A stretch of 64,000 bases of DNA. It comes from Thermodesulfobacteriota bacterium (GTDB lineage: Bacteria; Desulfobacterota; Desulfobulbia; Desulfobulbales; SURF-16). The position numbers and the translations under genes are program-made. Shown one piece after another: positions 57,777 through 64,000 of this stretch. Below the pieces are notes generated by a model, which worked only from the letters and a program-made list of their open reading frames with translations, ran no database searches and was not told the DNA's origin. Where the stretch lies: contig JBMONO010000034.1 of assembly GCA_049323655.1 (NCBI GenBank), positions 45,354 through 109,353 on the forward strand. The letters are read 5' to 3'. How positions within the stretch are numbered: position 1 is the stretch's first letter; each line of letters begins with the position of its first letter.

Positions 57777-57956
57777 GAGCTTATCCACAAATAAATCTTT
57801 GATGCTCGCATCCGGCTTTTGGCCGCCTTTGCCCGTTGCTCAATCGCAAAATCTTCGCCGCAGCGCTGCTACGCCTGCGGTTTTGCTCAATCGCCCCGGT
57901 CAAATCCGTCGCAAAATCCGGCGCGATCCCTGAAAAGCTTATTTGTGGATAAGCTT
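57777..57956. mobile_element. MITE-like element, family 2 (180 bp), IS5-family-like ends containing DnaA boxes
   Basis: Perfect 17-bp TIR AGCTTATCCACAAATAA (57778-57794 / 57939-57955); TTA on both flanks; internal TTGCTCAATCGC twice. Confidence 0.8.
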
Positions 57957-58003
57957 TTAATTTTCTCGTTGTCTCTTCTTCTTTTCTTGCTGGCCCTTTC
58001 CGT

Positions 58004-59257
58004 TCAGGGGCAGGAGAGTTGAGTGCGCCGGATCAAGGTGTATGGCAGCCACTCTGCCTCCCGGTCCGGGGTCAGCACCACCCGACTGCCCGGATTGGCC
58101 TGGGACAGGGGGCGTCCCTCCGCCGTTTCCAGGGCCAGCACCCGAAACGGAGTATTGGCGATGCCACGGCCCATGTACTCGAGGGTGTCGCCCGGTATGA
58201 TGCGGTGGCGGACATCGACAAACGGTCTGGCGCCGCCGCTCAGGATCAGGGCAGCCGGACCGTAGGTCTGATCGACCTGGGCGCCGTTGTAACACATGTC
58301 ATCCGCGCCGGGCGGGCCGGCAAAAAAATTCTCAGTATAGCCGCGACTGCCGAGTTTGGCCATCTCCGCCATGAACGGCGGCGGCAGGGTGATGGCCGCC
58401 GCCGGAGCAGCCTGCAACGCCGCCCGAACATAATCGAGAGCGGCCCGATAGACGCGGACAATGCCGCCGGCGTAATAGATGCCCTTCATCCGCCCCTCGA
58501 TTTTGAGTGAATCCACCCCGGCCGCGAGCAGTTCCGGTAGACGCCTGATCAGGCAGAGATCCTTGCTGTTGAAGATATATGTGCCGCGGCCGTCCTCCTC
58601 CACCGGAAAGAACTGGCCGGTCCGCTTTTCCTCCTGGAGTTGATAGCCGTATCGGCAGGGATGGGCACAGTTGCCCTGATTGGCGTCCCGGCCGGTCAGA
58701 TAGAGGCTCAGCATGCAGCGGCCGGAGTAAGAGATGCAGAGGGCGCCGTGGACAAAGACCTCGAGTTTACAGGACAGGATTGCGCGCATTTCACGGATCT
58801 CGGCGAGTGAAAGTTCCCGGGCGAGATTGAGTCGGCTGACTCCCTGTTCCTGCCAGAAGAGGCCGCCTTCCACATTGGTGACATTGGCCTGGGTGGAGAG
58901 ATGGATCGAGAGGGTCGGCGCCACCCGGCGGGCAATGCGCAGCACCCCCGGATCGGCGATGATAAGCCCGTCCACTCCGAACCGGGCCAGCTCGCCGATG
59001 CAGGCGGCGACGCCGTCGAGATCCCGGTTGTGGGCAAAGATGTTGACCGCGGCAAAGACCCGCGCTCCTCGCTCATGAGCAAAGATGATGCCTTCCTGCA
59101 GTTCTTCGACGGAAAAATTGGCGGCATGAGCGCGCAGGCTGTAGTCCCTGGCGCCGAGATAGACGGCGTCCGCCCCGTAGGCAATGACGGTTTTCAGTTT
59201 TTCCAGGCTGCCGGCAGGGGCCAGCAGTTCACAGGGAAACGACAGGTGCTGTTCCAC
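58004..59257 (-). CDS. Peptidase U32-family Fe-S protein (TrhP-like tRNA hydroxylation factor)
   Basis: ELLAPAGS, GADAVYLG, HLSTQ, HGALCISYSGRC...CAHPCR, NSKDLC, LKIEGR; GTG start after GGAG. Confidence 0.85.
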   Translation of the reverse strand: MEQHLSFPCELLAPAGSLEKLKTVIAYGADAVYLGARDYSLRAHAANFSVEELQEGIIFAHERGARVFAAVNIFAHNRDLDGVAACIGELARFGVDGLIIADPGVLRIARRVAPTLSIHLSTQANVTNVEGGLFWQEQGVSRLNLARELSLAEIREMRAILSCKLEVFVHGALCISYSGRCMLSLYLTGRDANQGNCAHPCRYGYQLQEEKRTGQFFPVEEDGRGTYIFNSKDLCLIRRLPELLAAGVDSLKIEGRMKGIYYAGGIVRVYRAALDYVRAALQAAPAAAITLPPPFMAEMAKLGSRGYTENFFAGPPGADDMCYNGAQVDQTYGPAALILSGGARPFVDVRHRIIPGDTLEYMGRGIANTPFRVLALETAEGRPLSQANPGSRVVLTPDREAEWLPYTLIRRTQLSCP

Positions 59258-59380
59258 GATGCTCCCCGCGCCGCAAACGGCGCAAAAAGATGAAAAAGGT
59301 ATTGACCACGTTCCTCGGAAACTGTTTGAATGGGCGACAAAACGCAAGCACCCATATAAACTTTTTTTTCCCGGGCTTCA

Positions 59381-60424
59381 ATGGCGGAAACAGCACGACA
59401 CAACATTGCGGTCGCCATGAGCGGCGGGGTGGACAGCACGGTCTGCGCGGCCCTGTTGCGTCACCAGTATGCGGTGCATGGATTTTTCATGGATATCGGT
59501 CTGCCGGACCGGGAGGCGCAGCTCACCCGGGTGCGGGCTATTGCCGCCCAGCTCGCCGTCCCCCTGGAAGTCATCGACCTCCGCCAGGCCTTCCACGAAG
59601 AGGTCATCGGGTATTTTCGCCGGAGCTACCTGGCCGGCCGTACCCCCAATCCCTGCGTAGTCTGCAATCCCCGTATTAAATTCGGCCGACTGCTTGATGA
59701 GGTGCGGCGGCGCGGCATGGAAAAGATGGCCACCGGTCATTATGTCCGACTTCGGCGGGACAGCGCCGGGGTACATCTGCTCACCGGCATCGACCCGAAA
59801 AAGGATCAGTCCTATTTTCTCTGCGGCGTGAGCGAGCCGCAACTTGCCCATCTTCTTTTTCCGCTCGGCGACCTGACCAAGAAAAAGGTCTGCCGCCTGG
59901 CGATCGATCTCGGTTTTCGGCAGTTTGCCGAGGGCGGCGCCGAGAGTCAGGACGCCTGCTTTCTCCAGGGGCGAGGGGTGGGTGATTTTCTGAAAGATGA
60001 GACAGAGGGGCAAAAAGGTGATATTGTCAGCACGACCGGCGAGCGGCTCGGTCGGCATGCCGGCCTTTTTCACTATACCGTGGGGCAGCGCCGGGGACTG
60101 GGCATCTGCGACGCCACCCCCTCTTATGTTATCGGCCTTGACCCGACGACCCGGCATGTCATTGTCGGCAAGGAGGTGGACCTCTGGCGGCGGGAGTTGC
60201 GCGTCACCGACATGAATTGGATTGCCGGGGCCCCGGCGGCTCTGCCGCTGGCATGTCGGGTCAGGATTCGATCCCGGCATGCGGCGGCGGAGGCGGAATT
60301 GGTCCGGGATGGCGACGGCTGGCGAATTCTCTTCCAGGCGCCGCAGCGGGCCGTGACGCCGGGCCAGTTTGCCGTTGTCTACCGTGGCGACGAGGTGCTG
60401 GGCGGCGGGGAGATTGCAGGATAA
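59381..60424 (+). CDS. mnmA: tRNA 2-thiouridylase MnmA
   Basis: AMSGGVDS, TPNPCVVCN, ATGHY, KDQSYFL, ESQDACF, TPGQ. Confidence 0.96.
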   Translation: MAETARHNIAVAMSGGVDSTVCAALLRHQYAVHGFFMDIGLPDREAQLTRVRAIAAQLAVPLEVIDLRQAFHEEVIGYFRRSYLAGRTPNPCVVCNPRIKFGRLLDEVRRRGMEKMATGHYVRLRRDSAGVHLLTGIDPKKDQSYFLCGVSEPQLAHLLFPLGDLTKKKVCRLAIDLGFRQFAEGGAESQDACFLQGRGVGDFLKDETEGQKGDIVSTTGERLGRHAGLFHYTVGQRRGLGICDATPSYVIGLDPTTRHVIVGKEVDLWRRELRVTDMNWIAGAPAALPLACRVRIRSRHAAAEAELVRDGDGWRILFQAPQRAVTPGQFAVVYRGDEVLGGGEIAG

Positions 60425-60427
60425 GCG

Positions 60428-61744
60428 ATGAGTGAGCAGAAAAAAACGAAAGTGGCGGTCACCACTCTGGGCTGTAAGGTGAACCAGTTTGAATCGGCAG
60501 CCTTTCTTTCCGAGCTGGAGATGCGGGGGGTTGAGGTGGTCCCCTTTGCCCGGATCGCCGACATTTATATCATCAATACCTGCACCGTCACCGCCAGGGC
60601 GGCGGCCCAGTCCCGCCAGATGATCCGCCGGGCCCTGAAGACCAATGGCCAGGCGCGAGTCGTGGTGACCGGCTGCTATTCGCAGGTTGCCGCCACCGAG
60701 GTCATGGAACTGGCTGACTGGGCGGTCTGCATCGTCGGGAACGGTCACAAGCACCGTCTGGTCGATATCGCCCTGTCGGACAAGCAGTGTGATCTCGAGA
60801 TGCATCTGGGCGACATTGCCAGTCGCCGGACCATCTGTCCATTGACGCCAACCCGTTTTCCCGGACGCACCCGGGCCTATCTCAAGCTGCAGGACGGCTG
60901 CAACAATTTCTGCTCTTACTGCATCGTCCCCTATGCCCGGGGTCGCAGCCGCAGTCTCGATCCGGCCGCGGCCCTTGGCCAGATCGCCCTCTTTGTCGCC
61001 GCCGGTCACCGGGAAATCGTGTTGACCGGCATCCATGTCGGCATGTACGGTCTCGACCTTTCGCCCCGGACTGAATTAACCGATTTTATCGGTTTGGCAA
61101 CGAGCTGTTTCCCTGACGTTCGTTTTCGTCTCAGTTCCCTTGAGCCCAATGAAATAGGCGATGATCTGCTTGACCTGATGGCGGCACGGGAAAACTTCAT
61201 GCCGCATCTGCACATTCCTTTGCAGAGCGGCGATGACGCCATCCTGCGGGCCATGAACCGTCGTTACAGCGCCGCCGATTTCGCCTCCCTGGTGGAGCGC
61301 ATCCGCGTCCGCATTCCCGCCGCCGCCATCGGCGTCGATGTCCTGGTCGGCTTTCCGGGAGAAACGGAAGCGGCCTTTGCCGCCACCGCTGCCCTGCTGG
61401 CCAAGCTGCCGGTTACCTATCTCCATGTCTTTCCCTATTCCCGTCGCCCCGGCACCATGGCCGCCGGCATGGATAAGCAGATCCCCGGTCCTGAAAAGGA
61501 GCGACGGGTGGCGGCGCTACGGCGGCTCGATCAGGAAAAACGCGCGATATTCTATCGCCGCCACCTCGGCGAGACCCACCTGGTACTGGCGGAGAATCGG
61601 AAGAACCGCTTTCGGTTGATGCGAGGCTTTAGCGAAAATTATATACCCGTCCTCTTTCCCGCTTTGGAGAAGGAAAATAATACCCTGATCGAAGTGCGTC
61701 TGGAACGGCTGGAAGAGGGAATCGTTTTTGGACACCGCCTATGA
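60428..61744 (+). CDS. mtaB: tRNA t6A37 methylthiotransferase MtaB
   Basis: TLGCKVNQFES, INTCTVT, LQDGCNNFCSYCIVPYARG, HVFPYS.RPGT. Confidence 0.93.
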   Translation: MSEQKKTKVAVTTLGCKVNQFESAAFLSELEMRGVEVVPFARIADIYIINTCTVTARAAAQSRQMIRRALKTNGQARVVVTGCYSQVAATEVMELADWAVCIVGNGHKHRLVDIALSDKQCDLEMHLGDIASRRTICPLTPTRFPGRTRAYLKLQDGCNNFCSYCIVPYARGRSRSLDPAAALGQIALFVAAGHREIVLTGIHVGMYGLDLSPRTELTDFIGLATSCFPDVRFRLSSLEPNEIGDDLLDLMAARENFMPHLHIPLQSGDDAILRAMNRRYSAADFASLVERIRVRIPAAAIGVDVLVGFPGETEAAFAATAALLAKLPVTYLHVFPYSRRPGTMAAGMDKQIPGPEKERRVAALRRLDQEKRAIFYRRHLGETHLVLAENRKNRFRLMRGFSENYIPVLFPALEKENNTLIEVRLERLEEGIVFGHRL

Positions 61745-62994
61745 TTGGAGAGATTATCGCCATTGGCAATGAACTGACCTCCGGCCGGATCCTGAATTCG
61801 ACCAGCCATTTTGCCGCCAGCCATCTCTACGGCGCCGGCCATGAAATTACCGCCATGGCCACCATCGGCGATGAACCGCGGATGATCGGCAAGGCTCTGC
61901 GGGAGAGCATCGAACGGGCCGATTTTGTCGTGGTCACCGGCGGGCTCGGCCCCACCAATGACGACATGACGAACCAGGCAGTGGCCGAGGCCCTGGACCG
62001 ACCCACCATCCTCTATCCGGAAATCTTCGAAAAAATCAAACAATCGGAATCGTTCAAGGAGATGCCTTCCCTGGAAAAGCTGGCCTGGCTTCCATCGGGG
62101 GCAGAAATTTTAAAGCCAGGCGATCGGATCGCCGGCTACATGCTCATCTACCAAGACAAGCCGATTTTCTTCTTGCCCGGCGTACCTCACCAGATGCGGG
62201 AATTGATGCTCGACCGGGTCATTCCCCGGTTGGCTGCCTGGGGTGGGGCGAACAGCGCCCTGGTGAAACAGAAGGTCTTCAAGGTCTTTGGTCTGCCTGA
62301 GCCGTTGGTGCAGGAAAAATTGGCTGCCTTTGAGAAAAAAAATCAGCAGCTTCGCATCGGCTATTACCCTAACGCGGCCGAGGTGCATGTCAGCCTGACG
62401 GTGCGGGGGGCAACGCCCGAGGAAACCGCTGACCACTTTTCCCACGGCGAGGCGACCATCCGCGCGATCCTGGGTTGCTGTATCTATGATGATGCCAACC
62501 GTTCCCTGGAGGCCATTGTCGGCCAGCTCCTGCGGGAGCGGAGCATGACCCTGGCCCTGGCCGAGTCCTGCTCAGGCGGCCTGATGGCCCATCATATCAC
62601 CCAGATCGCCGGCAGCTCGGGCTACTTTCGGGGCGGGGTTGTCGCCTATGCCAATGCGGTGAAGGAGGCGGTGCTCGGCGTCAGCCGGCCGACCCTGAAC
62701 AGATGCGGGGCGGTCAGCCGCGAGACGGCGACGGAAATGGCGATCGGCGTCAGGAAAATTTGCGGCGCCGATATCGCCCTTGCCATTACCGGCATCGCCG
62801 GACCCGGCGGGGGCACTCCGCAGAAGCCGGTGGGCAGCGTCTGTTTCGCCGTTGCCAATCAGCACGGCGCCGTTTCCCTGAGCTACCGTTTTTCCGGCAA
62901 CCGCGCCATGGTGCAGACCAAGGCGGCCATGACCGGGCTCGATCTTTTGCGCCGTTCTCTTCAGGGGCTTGACTTTCTTGACAACGGCTGGTAG
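61741..62994 (+). CDS. cinA: CinA-family protein (MoCF-like N-domain + PncC NMN deamidase)
   Basis: [42 protein letters not shown]. Confidence 0.92.
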   Translation: MIGEIIAIGNELTSGRILNSTSHFAASHLYGAGHEITAMATIGDEPRMIGKALRESIERADFVVVTGGLGPTNDDMTNQAVAEALDRPTILYPEIFEKIKQSESFKEMPSLEKLAWLPSGAEILKPGDRIAGYMLIYQDKPIFFLPGVPHQMRELMLDRVIPRLAAWGGANSALVKQKVFKVFGLPEPLVQEKLAAFEKKNQQLRIGYYPNAAEVHVSLTVRGATPEETADHFSHGEATIRAILGCCIYDDANRSLEAIVGQLLRERSMTLALAESCSGGLMAHHITQIAGSSGYFRGGVVAYANAVKEAVLGVSRPTLNRCGAVSRETATEMAIGVRKICGADIALAITGIAGPGGGTPQKPVGSVCFAVANQHGAVSLSYRFSGNRAMVQTKAAMTGLDLLRRSLQGLDFLDNGW

Positions 62995-63077
62995 TGATGA
63001 CTGTTTTTCCGACGTCCGCGCCGGTTCCGGCAGGTGTCGTTTTTCTTTCACAAACCGCAGCACAAGGAGCTTCCGCT

Positions 63078-64000
<923 letters not shown>

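Noticed and set aside
59250-59330. TGTTCCACG and GTTCCTCGGAAAC as extra parS sites
   Set aside because: Only half-sites or wrong spacing
62995-63077. LexA box upstream of recA
   Set aside because: No match to the deltaproteobacterial or E. coli SOS-box patterns I know

Overview
Chromosomal segment of a GC-rich anaerobic Desulfobacterota bacterium (Desulfobulbaceae-like; inferred from the protein families). It holds about 60 CDS, mostly housekeeping: ppdK-like/gap/glgA, aroCK, gatCA, hisC, cmk, rnr, an RSH, pyrKD, parAB with a parS site, rpsA, pcnB, bioBF, mutM, rph, tgt, yajC, mnmA, mtaB, cinA and recA. I saw no rRNA, tRNA, CRISPR array, prophage or transposase. Main points of interest: (1) a 1026-aa fusion of a radical SAM domain, an ArsM-type As(III) methyltransferase and a Cys-rich DUF5714-like domain, with an arsenosugar-type glycosyltransferase pair 22 kb away; (2) a tightly coupled operon of HDOD-kinase-receiver, MerR-HTH-FlhG-like ATPase and ExeA-like ATPase, plus a possible unannotated small ORF; (3) two MITE families, one with five copies and ~6-bp target duplications that supplies the stop codons of aroK and ihfB, and one whose inverted termini contain perfect DnaA boxes; (4) a long RSH with a degenerate synthetase site; (5) two nearby frameshifts, in pyrD and a DUF1232 gene. 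Family assignments come from motif recognition by eye; no database searches were run.
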